A stretch of 64,000 nt of DNA from NCBI GenBank assembly GCA_003696075.1, contig RFHH01000119.1:10873-74872 (forward strand), in the 5' to 3' direction. Source of the stretch: Acidobacteriota bacterium (GTDB lineage: Bacteria > Acidobacteriota > Polarisedimenticolia > J045). Position numbers and translations under genes: made by a program. Positions 51,959 to 63,313 of the stretch are shown here, in pieces. The notes beneath the pieces were generated by a model. It was not told the DNA's origin and searched no databases. It was given only the letters and a program-made list of their open reading frames with translations. How positions within the stretch are numbered: the first letter of the stretch is position 1; every line of letters begins with the position of its first letter.

Positions 51959-53401
51959 TCAGCGCGCGGGCGCCACGCCGCGCTCGCGCGCGAGCCGCTC
52001 GAGCAGACGCCGGACCTCATCGACGTCGCCGGGCTGAAGTCCCGGGAGCCGGAGGGCGAGCCGCGCGGCCCGCTCGGCGAGCGCCGGGTCGAGCGTGGCG
52101 GACAGGCGCGCCGCCTTGACGGCCATGGGCGCGGTGAGCCCCTTTTCCGCCGCCTGGAGCGCCGACTCGATGGCGGCGCGGGCCGCGGCGCCCTCTCCAC
52201 CTTCGGCCAGAGCGCGCGCCACCCTGAGCAGCAATCCCGGATCCGCGGGAGGCTCGGGGATGTAGCGCACCAGTTCCATCCACTGCTCGCGCACCACGTC
52301 GGTCTCGCCTTCCCGAGACGCCCGGTCGATCGCGCGGAGCATCGCCGGAACCGCTTCGGGAACCCGGTCCCGGGCGCACGCCAGGCGCCACAGCGCCAGG
52401 GCGGCATCGCGATCGTCCGGCCGGCGGATCGCCAGCCGGCGCAGCCGGTCCCACGCCTCGTCGAGACGGCCGGCCTCTTCGGCGGCGAGCGCGAGCTCCA
52501 GCTCCGGGTTGGCGTGGACGGTCCGCTCGATCCGCCGCCGGATGCCGGGCTCGACGTACCGCTCCTCGATGCCGAAACGCTTGATCGCGAAGGCCGCCGC
52601 GGCGCCGGCCGCGAACCCTCCGACGTGTGCCCAGTATGCGACGCCGTCCGTCGAGCCGGCGCCCGTCAGCGACGCCATGAAGAGCTGCTGCCCCAGCCAG
52701 AGTCCCAGCATCGTCCAGGCCGGGGCCCAGAAGGTGCCCCGGGCCCACAGGCCGAACAGGTAAAAGAAGCGAACCCGCATCCTGGTGAAGCGGACCATGA
52801 AAGCGCCCATCACACCGGCGATGGCACCCGAAGCTCCCACGAGGGGCACATCGGAGCCCGGGTGGGTGGCCACGTGCGCCGCGGCAGCCACGAGGCCCGC
52901 TCCGAGATACAAGGCGGTGAAAAGCGGCCGCCCCAGGCGGTCCTCGACGAAGGGACCGACGAAGTAGAGGATGAGCATGTTTCCCAGGAGATGCAGCCAT
53001 CCGACGTGCAGGAACATGTGGGTGACGAAAGCGGTGGCGGAGCGCCGCGCCGGCCGCAGCCCATAGCGACGGAGCGGATGGTTGCGCCGCAGCTCGAGCG
53101 CCTTGCCGCAGAGTTCCTCGAGCCGGCGCTGCTCCGCGGCGATATCGGTTCCCCGCTCCCTCGCCTGGCGCCCCAGCTCCTTCAGCACTTCCCGAAGGGG
53201 TTCCCGATCGCGCTCCCGAACGTCCTCGAAGACGATGGTTGCGAACTCCTCCGGCAGCTCGAGGTAGGGGTGCTGCTGATAGAAGCGGATCGCCTCACCG
53301 AAGGCCCGGGCGACATCCGCTTCGGACACCGGCGGCACCAGCTCGGTGACGGCGAACGCCGCAGCGCAGGCCGCCATCAGACCGAACGTGATCCAGGGCA
53401 C
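51959..53401 (-). CDS. Rhomboid-family intramembrane serine protease with C-terminal TPR-like extension
   Basis: GASGAIAG (catalytic Ser) and AHVGGF (catalytic His) motifs within a 6-TM core. The C-terminal ~200 aa are helical repeats. Confidence 0.85.
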   Translation of the reverse strand: MPWITFGLMAACAAAFAVTELVPPVSEADVARAFGEAIRFYQQHPYLELPEEFATIVFEDVRERDREPLREVLKELGRQARERGTDIAAEQRRLEELCGKALELRRNHPLRRYGLRPARRSATAFVTHMFLHVGWLHLLGNMLILYFVGPFVEDRLGRPLFTALYLGAGLVAAAAHVATHPGSDVPLVGASGAIAGVMGAFMVRFTRMRVRFFYLFGLWARGTFWAPAWTMLGLWLGQQLFMASLTGAGSTDGVAYWAHVGGFAAGAAAAFAIKRFGIEERYVEPGIRRRIERTVHANPELELALAAEEAGRLDEAWDRLRRLAIRRPDDRDAALALWRLACARDRVPEAVPAMLRAIDRASREGETDVVREQWMELVRYIPEPPADPGLLLRVARALAEGGEGAAARAAIESALQAAEKGLTAPMAVKAARLSATLDPALAERAARLALRLPGLQPGDVDEVRRLLERLARERGVAPAR

Positions 53402-53523
53402 GCGCCGGACCGAGTCCTGCTCGATGTCGATCGGGACGACGAGTATGGCTCCTCCCCGGCGGCCGAACGGGCCGCCGGGGAAAAAGCTAGGTCAGCCGGC
53501 CCTCCGGGGCGAGCGCGGCCGCG

Positions 53524-56500
53524 TCAGGGTGTCTTCACCGGAGCCTCCGGCCTCGGAGGTCGGACCACCGGGTGGGCCTCGATCGCTCGCATCACCTCCT
53601 GAACGGCTCGCTCGAGCTGCGGGTCCCGCCCTTCGATCAGCGATTTGGGATCGTTCTCCACCTCGATGTCGGGATCGACGCCGTGCCCCTCGATCACCCA
53701 GTGCCCTTCCGCGTCGGCCGTGCCCGCTTCCGGAACGTAGATCGTTCCGCCGTCCATCAGCGGCGCCCGGCCGTAGATGCCGACGACGCCGCCCCAGGTG
53801 CGCTTTCCGATCAGCGGACCGAGTCCCGCGGCGCGGAACACGTAGGCGAACTGATCGCCGTCCGACGCCGTGTCCTCGTCGATCAAGCAGACCAGCCGGC
53901 CAGGGAACACTCCCGTCGGGTACGGATCCCAGTAATCGCGGTTCCGCTCGTAGTCGATCATCAGCAGCTTTCGGCTGAGCCTGTCGATGATCATCTGGGA
54001 GACGTTGCCTCCGCCGTTACCCCTGACGTCGATCACGAGCCCGTCCTTGTCGAGCTGCGGGTAGTACCACTTGATGAACTCCTGGATGCCGCTGGCGCCC
54101 ATGTCGGGAAGGTGCAGGTAGCCGACGCGCCCCCCGCTGAGCTCGGCGACACGCTCCCGGTTTCGGGTGACCCATTCGAGATAGATGAGAGAGGCCTCCG
54201 ACCGAATCGGCCGGTACACCGCCTTCCTCGCCCCTTCGAACGTCGGCTTCTCGTTCACGGTGAGCACGACGGGGCCACCCGCACGATTGCGCAGCACCCG
54301 GTAGGGGTTCTCGTCCGCCGTCAACTCCTCCCCGTCGATCGCGAGCACGTAGTCGCCTTCCCGAACGTCAACACCGACCTCCGTCAGCGGGGAGCGGTAC
54401 TTGGGCTCCTCGTTCTGGCCCCGGAAGATCTTCACGATCCGGTAGCGTCCGGCCTCGGCGTCCAGCGCGAAGCGGGCGCCGGGAAGGGCGACCGACGGGC
54501 GCTGTGGCAGGCCGAGATCGCCGCCCGCCACGTAGGCGTGCCCCACGTTCAGTTCCGCGATCATCTCACCGATCACATAGTTGAGATCGGAGCGGTGCGC
54601 CACGTGATCGAGCCACGGGCGGTACTGCTCCCGCAGTGCCTCCCAGTCATAGCCGTGCATGTTCTCCACGTAGAAGAAGTCGCGGTACCGCCGCCAGACC
54701 TCGTTGAAGATCTGACGCCACTCGAGAGCCGGGACCCTCCACACCTTCAGGCCGGACGTCGAGACATCCTTGGCCTTTTCAGGGCCATTGGGATCGGCGT
54801 CGAAGACATGAAAACCGGAGTCGTCTCTCACCAGGACCTTCCGGCGGTCCGCCGAGAGCGCGTAGCCCTTGACCCCCGACAGGAGCTTGGAAGCCTTCCT
54901 CTTCTCGAGATCGAAATACTCGAGGGTCGGCGGCACGTCGGTTTCGCGGCCATAGTAGTCGGCGCCCGACGTGACGTACAGGAGTCCTCCCTCGACGGCC
55001 GACAGGCCGTCGATGTTGCCGGCCTCGATCGGGATTCGGACAACGCGGTCGGCGAGGCCGTCGAAGTCGACGCGGACCTCCGGAAGCCCTTTCTTCTCTC
55101 CTTCCTTCTTCTTCTTGTCCGCCGCGCCGGCCTTCTCTTCTTCCTCGGGGGGCAGTGCCGACTCGACCTCGTCGATCCTCGGCGGCACAGGGCTCGGCGT
55201 GTCCTTTGCCAGCGCCAGGGCGAAGACCCCCGTCTCGCGGTCGAGAACGTAGTTCCACTCGATCGAGCCGAGTTGCGGAGCGAAGTCGCGATCGGCGAGG
55301 AAGAAGAGGTACTTGCCCTCGGGTCCCCAGACGGGGTTCCTCTCGTTGAAGAGCCGGCTCGTGACGCGGTGCGACCTCCCGGTCTCGGCCTCCCAGATGA
55401 ACAGGGAGCGGCGGTCGTTCGTCTCGCCCAGGCTGTAGGCGAGGAAACGCCCGTCCGGCGACCAGTCGGGATCGAGACCGAAGGGCTGCGGGTCGTCGGC
55501 GACAAGGCGCACCCGGTGCGAGTCGAACTCGTAAACGTAGAGGCGGCCTGCCTGGTCGTGATAGGCGATCCTCTTGCCGTCCGGCGACCAGACGATCCCC
55601 TCCAGATAGGCACGGTGCTCCTCGGTGAGCTTGACCGGATGTCCCTCGCCCGACGCCGGCATCACGTAGAGCTGGTCCTCCCCGTCGCGGTCGGAGATGA
55701 ACGCCACCCGTTTGCCGTCCGGCGAATAGCGTGCGGAGCGGTCGTGGGCCCCAGGCGACCGCGTCAGATCGATGGTCCGGCCGTGCTCGACCGGCGTCGA
55801 GAGCACCTCTCCCCGCGCCACGAACAGCACCCGGCGCCCCTTGGGGCTGAGCGAATAGTCCTCGATGTTGCGGGAAGCGTCGACGTACCCCGGGCGCATC
55901 CACACGCCGTCGTGGGGGACCGTGATCGGGACCTTGTGCTCCTCCCGCGTCTCGACGTCGAGCACGTGGAGTTCGCCGTTCAGCTCGAACACGATCCGGC
56001 GCTCGCCATCGGTTGCCGGCCACCGAACATCCCACGTCTCGAACCTGGTGATCGGCTCGATCTCCCGCGTTTCCAGATCGAAGCGGTAGATGTTGTTCTT
56101 GCCGCTCCGGTCGGACGTGAAGTAGATCGCATTGCCGATCCACATCGGATCGCGGTCGGACCGGGGATGGCGTGTGATGCGCTCGATCTCATAGGTATCG
56201 AGGTCGAAGATGTACAGCTCCTGGGCCCAGCCGCCCTCGTAGCGCTTCCAGGTGCGGAAATCGCGCACCAGCGGAGAGTAGACGACGCGCCGGCCGTCCG
56301 GCGACAGGTCGGCGCAACCCGCGTAAGGAAGCGGAAGCGCCTCCGGAAGCCCGCCCTTCGGGCTCACCGTGTACAGGCGGCTGTCCGTCAGCCCATAGGA
56401 GTCCCGCAGCGACCTGAAGAGGATGCGGCTCCCGTCCGGGGTCCAGCCGTAGACCTGGTTGTCGTAGCCCCAGCGGGGCGGGAGGGGGCCACGTGCAGGG

Positions 56501-56820
56501 TAGAACGTGAGCTGCTTCGGCACTCCTCCGCCGGCCGGCATCACGTAGACCTGTTCGTCGCCGTCGTACTGGCCCGTGAACGCGATCCACTTCCCATCGG
56601 GCGAGAAGCGGGCGAACAGTTCCAGCCCGGGGTGGCTGGTCAGGCGGACCGCGGTGCCTCCCTCCACCGGCGCCGACCAGAGATCACCGGCGTAGGTGAA
56701 CACGATCCGGTTCCCGTGGATGTCGGGAAACCTGAGGAGCTTCGTCTGGGCGGCGGCGGCCGTCACCGCCAGAAGGAAAACCAAGACACCGGCCGAAAGA
56801 CGGAAGCGGGAACGCCACAT
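53524..56820 (-). CDS. Tricorn protease homologue (S41 family; beta-propellers + PDZ + S41 peptidase domain)
   Basis: 1098 aa with a signal peptide. Repeated FSPDG and WSPDG propeller blades, then a PDZ and S41 C-terminal domain. Confidence 0.9.
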   Translation of the reverse strand: MWRSRFRLSAGVLVFLLAVTAAAAQTKLLRFPDIHGNRIVFTYAGDLWSAPVEGGTAVRLTSHPGLELFARFSPDGKWIAFTGQYDGDEQVYVMPAGGGVPKQLTFYPARGPLPPRWGYDNQVYGWTPDGSRILFRSLRDSYGLTDSRLYTVSPKGGLPEALPLPYAGCADLSPDGRRVVYSPLVRDFRTWKRYEGGWAQELYIFDLDTYEIERITRHPRSDRDPMWIGNAIYFTSDRSGKNNIYRFDLETREIEPITRFETWDVRWPATDGERRIVFELNGELHVLDVETREEHKVPITVPHDGVWMRPGYVDASRNIEDYSLSPKGRRVLFVARGEVLSTPVEHGRTIDLTRSPGAHDRSARYSPDGKRVAFISDRDGEDQLYVMPASGEGHPVKLTEEHRAYLEGIVWSPDGKRIAYHDQAGRLYVYEFDSHRVRLVADDPQPFGLDPDWSPDGRFLAYSLGETNDRRSLFIWEAETGRSHRVTSRLFNERNPVWGPEGKYLFFLADRDFAPQLGSIEWNYVLDRETGVFALALAKDTPSPVPPRIDEVESALPPEEEEKAGAADKKKKEGEKKGLPEVRVDFDGLADRVVRIPIEAGNIDGLSAVEGGLLYVTSGADYYGRETDVPPTLEYFDLEKRKASKLLSGVKGYALSADRRKVLVRDDSGFHVFDADPNGPEKAKDVSTSGLKVWRVPALEWRQIFNEVWRRYRDFFYVENMHGYDWEALREQYRPWLDHVAHRSDLNYVIGEMIAELNVGHAYVAGGDLGLPQRPSVALPGARFALDAEAGRYRIVKIFRGQNEEPKYRSPLTEVGVDVREGDYVLAIDGEELTADENPYRVLRNRAGGPVVLTVNEKPTFEGARKAVYRPIRSEASLIYLEWVTRNRERVAELSGGRVGYLHLPDMGASGIQEFIKWYYPQLDKDGLVIDVRGNGGGNVSQMIIDRLSRKLLMIDYERNRDYWDPYPTGVFPGRLVCLIDEDTASDGDQFAYVFRAAGLGPLIGKRTWGGVVGIYGRAPLMDGGTIYVPEAGTADAEGHWVIEGHGVDPDIEVENDPKSLIEGRDPQLERAVQEVMRAIEAHPVVRPPRPEAPVKTP

Positions 56821-56916
56821 GGACCGAGCCCTCCATCCCGCCGCGGGGCGCGACGTCGACAGGGCGCGCGATTCTATCGCGGTTCGCGGCCGCCCGCTCC
56901 GGAGGAAGGGACCGAC

Positions 56917-57872
56917 TCAGTCGTACCGGACCTCCCGGACGGCACCCTGCGAGCGGAACCACGCGATCGTCCGCTCGAGCCCTTCCTCGAGCGGTGTGCG
57001 CGCCGACCAGCCCAGCAGGCGTCGGGCCCGGGTCACGTCCAGGCAGCGGCGAGGCTGGCCGTCGGGCTTCGACGGATCCCACCGGAGCCGCCCGCGGTAG
57101 CCCACCAGCCGCGCTATCGTCTCTGCGAGTCGCCGGATCGTGATCTCCTCGCCGGTTCCCAGGTTGATCGGAACCGGATCCTCCATCGTCTCAGCCGCGG
57201 CGAGAATCCCCTCCGCCGCGTCGTCCACGTAGAGGAACTCCCGCGACGCCTCCCCCGTTCCCCAGCAGACGACCTCGTCCGCTCGCGCGTCCGCCGCGGC
57301 GCTCATCTTGCGGATCAAGGCCGGTATCACGTGCGACGTCTCCAGGTCGAAGTTGTCACCGGGACCGTACAAGTTGACCGGAAGAACCACGGCGCTTCGC
57401 AGCCCGTATTCCCGCCGGTAGGCATCCAGCATCACGATCAATGCCCTCTTGGCGATCCCGTAGGGGGCGTTGGTTTCCTCGGGGAATCCGTTCCACAGGT
57501 CCTCCTCCCGGAACGGTACCGGCGTGTGCTTCGGGTAGGAGCATACGGTGCCGACCTGCACGAATTTCCGGATACCCCGCTTTCTGGCGTGCTCGATGAG
57601 ATGAAGACCCATCGCCAGGTTGGCGTAGAAGAAGCGACCTGGGTGGGCGCGGTTCGCGCCGATGCCGCCCACCTCCGCGGCCAGGTGGATCACGACCTCG
57701 GGACGGGCCACCTCGAAGAGCCGCTCGACGTCCTGCTCCCTGGTGAGATCGAAGTCGCGGCGCCGGGGGACGAACGGCTGGCCGCCGCGCGCCGCCAGCA
57801 GCCGGCAGACGGCCCGGCCGAGAAATCCTGCGCCGCCCGTGACAGTGACCCTCGTTCTCCTCCAGTCGAGCT

Positions 57873-57876
<4 letters not shown>
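56917..57876 (-). CDS. fcl: GDP-L-fucose synthase (GDP-4-keto-6-deoxy-D-mannose 3,5-epimerase/4-reductase)
   Basis: Alignable to Fcl throughout ([23 protein letters not shown]…[24 protein letters not shown]). The GTG start overlaps the gmd stop (GTGA). Confidence 0.85.
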
Positions 57877-58973
<1,097 letters not shown>

Positions 58974-59076
58974 GCCGCCTCCGCTCGGGGCCCCGCGGGA
59001 CCTTCCGGATGCCGGGGGCCCCGCTGGCGGGAGAATACCCCCTCCCGAAGGCCGCCGGCGAGCGGCCCCGGGGCCG

Positions 59077-59092
59077 TGTCACGACCATGACA
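59077..59092. promoter_or_regulatory. Perfect palindrome TGTCA-N6-TGACA in the divergent gmd/desaturase intergenic region
   Basis: tgtcacgaccatgaca, 80 nt upstream of the desaturase ATG. Candidate operator for a dimeric helix-turn-helix regulator. Confidence 0.3.
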
Positions 59093-59172
59093 TAGCCATG
59101 CCAGGATCGTTTCGACCCGCGGGGGCCCACAACGCCGGCCCTGACTCGCGGGGCGACACGAAAAGACCGAGG

Positions 59173-60333
59173 ATGAGCAAGATGCTTTCGAATCCGTTGT
59201 TCCAGGGACTTCTTCCCCTCCCTTGGTGGGGATACGTCCTGGTGGCCCTCGCGATGACCCACATGACGGTCGTCGCGGTGACGATCTTCCTCCACCGCGC
59301 CCAGGCGCACCGCTCGGTGACGCTGCACCCGGCCGTCGAGCACGCGCTGCGCTTCTGGCTTTGGCTCACCACCGGGCTCCGGACGAAGGAGTGGGTGGCC
59401 GTCCACCGCAAGCACCACGCGAAGGTGGAGACCGCGGACGATCCGCACAGCCCGCGCGTCAAGGGGCTGTGGAAGGTCGTCTTCGGCGGCGTCGGCCTGT
59501 ACCGTGCGGCCGCTGCCGACCCCGAGACGCTCGCGACCTATGGCAAGGGAACTCCCGACGACGCGATGGAGCGGAGGGTTTACGCCGCCCATCCGATGCT
59601 CGGCATCGTGTTGATGGCCGCCGTGGACCTGGCGCTGTTCGGCGCGGCGGGCGCCTTGATCTGGATCGTTCAGATGATCTGGATTCCGTTCTGGGCTGCG
59701 GGCGTGATCAACGGGATCGGCCACCGCATCGGCTACCGGAACTTCGACACCCGCGACGACTCCTCGAACATCGTTCCGTGGGGAGTGATCATGGGCGGTG
59801 AAGAGCTCCACAACAACCACCACGCCCGCCCGGGCTCCGCACGCCTGTCGCACAGGTGGTTCGAGCTGGACATCGCCTGGATCTACCTCCTGGCCCTCGA
59901 GCGCCTCGGACTCGCCCGCCTCCGGCGTCCCCGGCAGGCACGGCCCGCGCCGGCGCCCGACGGCGCCGCTGCCGCCGCGAAGCGCTACGCGGCCGAGGTG
60001 CTGCTGCCGGCGCTCCGCGAGGAGCTCTCCCGGGCCGAGGGAGCGGTACGCGCCATGCTGGCCCGGTGCCAGGAAGAACTCCAGCGCAACCCGCTGGGAC
60101 CGGCCCCGACAGCCGAGCGCCTGGAACGGGCAGAAGAGGTCGGACCGGCGGTGCGCGCCATGCTCGCCGCCAGGCGCCGGCTCGTCGACGCGTGGAAGCG
60201 CGCGTCGCGAGGCGCCGCCGACGGGCGGGCTGCGATCGAGGAATGGCTGGAGACCGCCGAGCGGAGCGGTGTCGAGATGCTCGAGCGGTTCGCGGCCGGC
60301 CTGCGACTCGACATGGAACTCGAGCGCACCTGA
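59173..60333 (+). CDS. Acyl-CoA (stearoyl-CoA) delta-9-type fatty acid desaturase
   Basis: Three His boxes HRAQAHRS, HRKHHA and HNNHHA, and four TM helices. ATG 59173 with a GAGG Shine-Dalgarno sequence. C-terminal ~110 aa helical extension. Confidence 0.85.
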   Translation: MSKMLSNPLFQGLLPLPWWGYVLVALAMTHMTVVAVTIFLHRAQAHRSVTLHPAVEHALRFWLWLTTGLRTKEWVAVHRKHHAKVETADDPHSPRVKGLWKVVFGGVGLYRAAAADPETLATYGKGTPDDAMERRVYAAHPMLGIVLMAAVDLALFGAAGALIWIVQMIWIPFWAAGVINGIGHRIGYRNFDTRDDSSNIVPWGVIMGGEELHNNHHARPGSARLSHRWFELDIAWIYLLALERLGLARLRRPRQARPAPAPDGAAAAAKRYAAEVLLPALREELSRAEGAVRAMLARCQEELQRNPLGPAPTAERLERAEEVGPAVRAMLAARRRLVDAWKRASRGAADGRAAIEEWLETAERSGVEMLERFAAGLRLDMELERT

Positions 60334-60387
60334 GCCGCCCCCGGGCGGCATCCGCCGCGCTCCCAACCGCGCAAACCCGGATCGCCC

Positions 60388-60419
60388 GAAGCCGCCGGCG
60401 CTCTTGCTCCGGCGGCTTC
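60388..60419 (+). terminator. Perfect 11-bp GC-rich stem-loop downstream of desaturase (U-tract-less terminator candidate)
   Basis: gaagccgccgg-cgctcttgct-ccggcggcttc, 55 nt after the stop. It is followed by two further hairpins at 60423-60444 (gcgttca/tgaacgc) and 60486-60502 (ccgcggc/gccgcgg). Confidence 0.35.
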
Positions 60420-60520
60420 GCTGCGTTCAGATGAGGTTGAACGCAAGACTCCGGCGGACCCGCGTCGACGCAGCCTCCGTCGGTACCGCGGCGTTGCCGC
60501 GGCGCGGGAAGGGAGGTTGC

Positions 60521-61303
60521 ATGAACGATCGAATCCTTGCGGCGCGGAGGGCCATCCGCGCCGGCGCGATCGGGCTTTGCCTCGCGTCGCTCGGCACTCC
60601 CACCGCCCTGCTCGCCTGCATCCGGACCGACAGGGACAGCGAAACCACTTATACCTGCCAGATCGCCGGCCGGCCGATCAGCCTGGGGCTCTCGGTGGAC
60701 AGGAGTTCGAAAGACGAGGCCGTCGAGCGCGCGCTTCTTCGAGAGGGAGATCGCGTGCTCCTGGAGGCGGTGCTGACGATCACCCGGAGCGGCCTGAGGT
60801 TCGCGGGCCGCCTCGACGAAGACCCCTTTGTCTGGGCGGCCGAGTCCCGTTGGCCACACCGTGTGGTCTCGACGAGATCGTGGGGCGATCTCCGCCTCTC
60901 GGCGGAGGTCGACGAAACGCCCGCGGGAACGCTCACCGTCCGCCTGACCGAAGGGGATCTCGGGGCTTACCTTCTCCTCGTGAGCGGCCGGACGGCGTCC
61001 GCGGTGCTCCAGGCGGTGGAATGGATCGCCGCCGAGGCCGCGCCCGGAGATTTCCGGGTGCTGGCCCTCCGGTCCGCACTGAGGGGACTCACGATGGACA
61101 CGCACGGCGGAAGTCCCGTCGGACGATACCTCGGGTGCCTCGAGGACACGTGCAGGGCCTGCCGGGGATGCTGGGAGGGGGGCTGCCACTGCTGCCACGG
61201 CGACCCGTGGTGGGCCTGCGCCACGATCTGGACCTGCTACCTGGTCGGCTCCGAGCTCTGCGTGCTCCAGGAGATCAACGATCTCACGCCGAAGCTGCGG
61301 TGA
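60521..61303 (+). CDS. Lipoprotein with extremely Cys-rich C-terminal tail (hypothetical)
   Basis: GGGAGG Shine-Dalgarno sequence. Signal and lipobox (ALLAC). The C-terminal 45 aa are GCLEDTCRACRGCWEGGCHCCHGDPWWACATIWTCYLVGSELC (11 Cys). No family recognised. Confidence 0.55.
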   Translation: MNDRILAARRAIRAGAIGLCLASLGTPTALLACIRTDRDSETTYTCQIAGRPISLGLSVDRSSKDEAVERALLREGDRVLLEAVLTITRSGLRFAGRLDEDPFVWAAESRWPHRVVSTRSWGDLRLSAEVDETPAGTLTVRLTEGDLGAYLLLVSGRTASAVLQAVEWIAAEAAPGDFRVLALRSALRGLTMDTHGGSPVGRYLGCLEDTCRACRGCWEGGCHCCHGDPWWACATIWTCYLVGSELCVLQEINDLTPKLR

Positions 61304-61352
61304 GTGAGCTAGAATGAAGCGTTTTCCCGATTCCGGAGAGGAGGGTCCCTCC

Positions 61353-62252
61353 ATGATCCGGGTGCGGGGCTTGAAGTACCGGTATCGCGGGGGGTTCACG
61401 CTCGACGTGCCGAACCTCCACCTGCGTGCGGGGCAGGTGACCGCTCTCGTGGGACCCAACGGCTCCGGGAAGACGACGTTCCTCGGCCTGCTCGCGGGTC
61501 TCCTCAGGCCGGACGAGGGAAGCGTGGAGATCGGGGGGGAGCCGCTCGAGTCGGCTCTCCGGAGGCGGCGGGTCGCCGCCGCCTTCGACTTCCTGCCTCC
61601 GCAGTCCAATCTGCCCGCGTCGATCTGGATACGGACCCTGTCCCGGCTCCGCGCGGCGGATCCCGACCAACTCGCCCGCCTCGACCGCATCGTCCACGAG
61701 GACGGGATGGCCCCGTGGCTGAACCGCCCGCTGCCGCGGCTATCGGCGGGCCAGCGCCGGCAAGCGGCCCTGGCGATGGCGGTGATCGGGGATTGGGACA
61801 TCCTGCTGCTCGACGAGCCGTTCGCATCGCTCGACGCGGAGACGGCGGCGCGATGGATGCGGCGCATCGAGCGCTTCGCTGCAGCCGGGAAAACGATCGT
61901 CGTCAGCTCCCACCGGCTCCTCGAACTCGATCGCCTCGGGGACTGGTTCCTGTTCCTTCGCCAGGGCAGGATCCGGCACGAGAGCAGCAAGGACGATCTG
62001 GCGGCCTGCGACGAGATCCGGGTGGTGCTGCGCTGCAGCGAGGCCACGGCGCTCCGCATCCTCGGTCCGACGGCGATCCGCGAAATCCGTGCGGTGGCAC
62101 CGGGAGTCGTCTCGCTGATCGTCGACGGCCGGGTGGCCGGCGGGCTGGCGGGCGTTCTCAATCCCCTCGTGCGGGAAGGACTCGAGGTCCAGCGGATCGA
62201 ACCGCGGTTGACCGGACTCGAGCGAACCTACCATGAGGTCGGCCGTGCGTGA
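61353..62252 (+). CDS. ABC transporter ATP-binding protein
   Basis: Walker A GPNGSGKTT, signature LSAGQRRQ, Walker B LLLDEPFASLD. GGAGG Shine-Dalgarno sequence 8 nt upstream of the ATG. Confidence 0.8.
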   Translation: MIRVRGLKYRYRGGFTLDVPNLHLRAGQVTALVGPNGSGKTTFLGLLAGLLRPDEGSVEIGGEPLESALRRRRVAAAFDFLPPQSNLPASIWIRTLSRLRAADPDQLARLDRIVHEDGMAPWLNRPLPRLSAGQRRQAALAMAVIGDWDILLLDEPFASLDAETAARWMRRIERFAAAGKTIVVSSHRLLELDRLGDWFLFLRQGRIRHESSKDDLAACDEIRVVLRCSEATALRILGPTAIREIRAVAPGVVSLIVDGRVAGGLAGVLNPLVREGLEVQRIEPRLTGLERTYHEVGRA

Positions 62253-63051
62253 CGCCGAGCGGAGATTCGCCGAGCAGGCCCTTCGGATGGCCGCGACGGC
62301 GCGCCTGCTGGCGGAGGACCATCTCCGAAATCGGCGGCACCTGGTCGCGTTGCTGGTTCTGCTTCTCTTGTTCGCGCCCGTGTGGCTCGGCTACCTGTTC
62401 GCGGCCCCGGAAACGCGCCTGGAGGGACTGTTCAAGGCGCTCGACGGTTGGGCGTTCGTGACCGCCTTCTACCTCACCGGGGAAGCGGTGTCGCGCGAGG
62501 CGAGAACCGGGCGCTGGGCTCTGCTCCGCACCGCCGGCGTGCCTCCCGGGACCTTCTTCGTCACCGTGTCGTGCTTCTGGATCGCCGTCTTCCTCGGCCT
62601 GGCCTGGACGATGGGGGTGCTCCTGGGGGCCGCCCTGGGCGCGGGCACGGCGGCTCCCGCCGGCTCGCTGGCCATCGGGATCCTCGCCGCGCCGGTGCGG
62701 TATCTTCCGCTCGTCGCGCTCTGCCTCGCCTTGGGCGGCGTCCTTGCGGGGTGGCTGAACGTGGCGGCCTGTCTGGGACTGTTGCTCCTCGCCTTGGTGT
62801 TCGACTTTCTCGCCGACGTCGCGGGGTGGCCATCCGCTCCTGTCCGGATCATCGGCGGCCTCCTCTTCGCACGGCCGCTCCTCTCTCCCGCGGTCGGGGG
62901 CGCTCCCGTTCTGTACGCCGATTGGCCGTGGCGCCTCGCCCGCGCCGTGGCGGTTGCCATCGCCTATCTCGGCCTCGGGACGGCGGCGGTGAGATGGAAG
63001 ACCGGCGGCCGCGGACCGTTCCTACCGGCGCGAGGTCTCGGGAACGCTTGA
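62233..63051 (+). CDS. ABC-2-type transporter permease (hypothetical membrane component)
   Basis: 272 aa with about 6 predicted TM helices. Overlaps the upstream ATPase gene by 20 nt. Confidence 0.55.
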   Translation: MRSAVRDAERRFAEQALRMAATARLLAEDHLRNRRHLVALLVLLLLFAPVWLGYLFAAPETRLEGLFKALDGWAFVTAFYLTGEAVSREARTGRWALLRTAGVPPGTFFVTVSCFWIAVFLGLAWTMGVLLGAALGAGTAAPAGSLAIGILAAPVRYLPLVALCLALGGVLAGWLNVAACLGLLLLALVFDFLADVAGWPSAPVRIIGGLLFARPLLSPAVGGAPVLYADWPWRLARAVAVAIAYLGLGTAAVRWKTGGRGPFLPARGLGNA

Positions 63052-63313
63052 ACGCCCCCGGCGAAGAGCTGGGGCCCGGGGGTCCGGCTCGTGTCGAGCC
63101 GCCGTGCGCCGCCGGAGGGCTTCGCAACGAACCGATGGCCGGCGCCGCGCAATGGAGGCGAGGGCCGCGCGTGACAGGATCGGAACCGCTCCCCCGAGAC
63201 GGTTTCCCGGGGCGTTTCCGGGCGGGCCCGCAGCGGGGTGTGGCCGTTCGCAGGCATCCGCGGGCCGCGCGGCACGGGCTTCGCATGTCCCACGGGCACG
63301 GGGAGCGCTCGGC

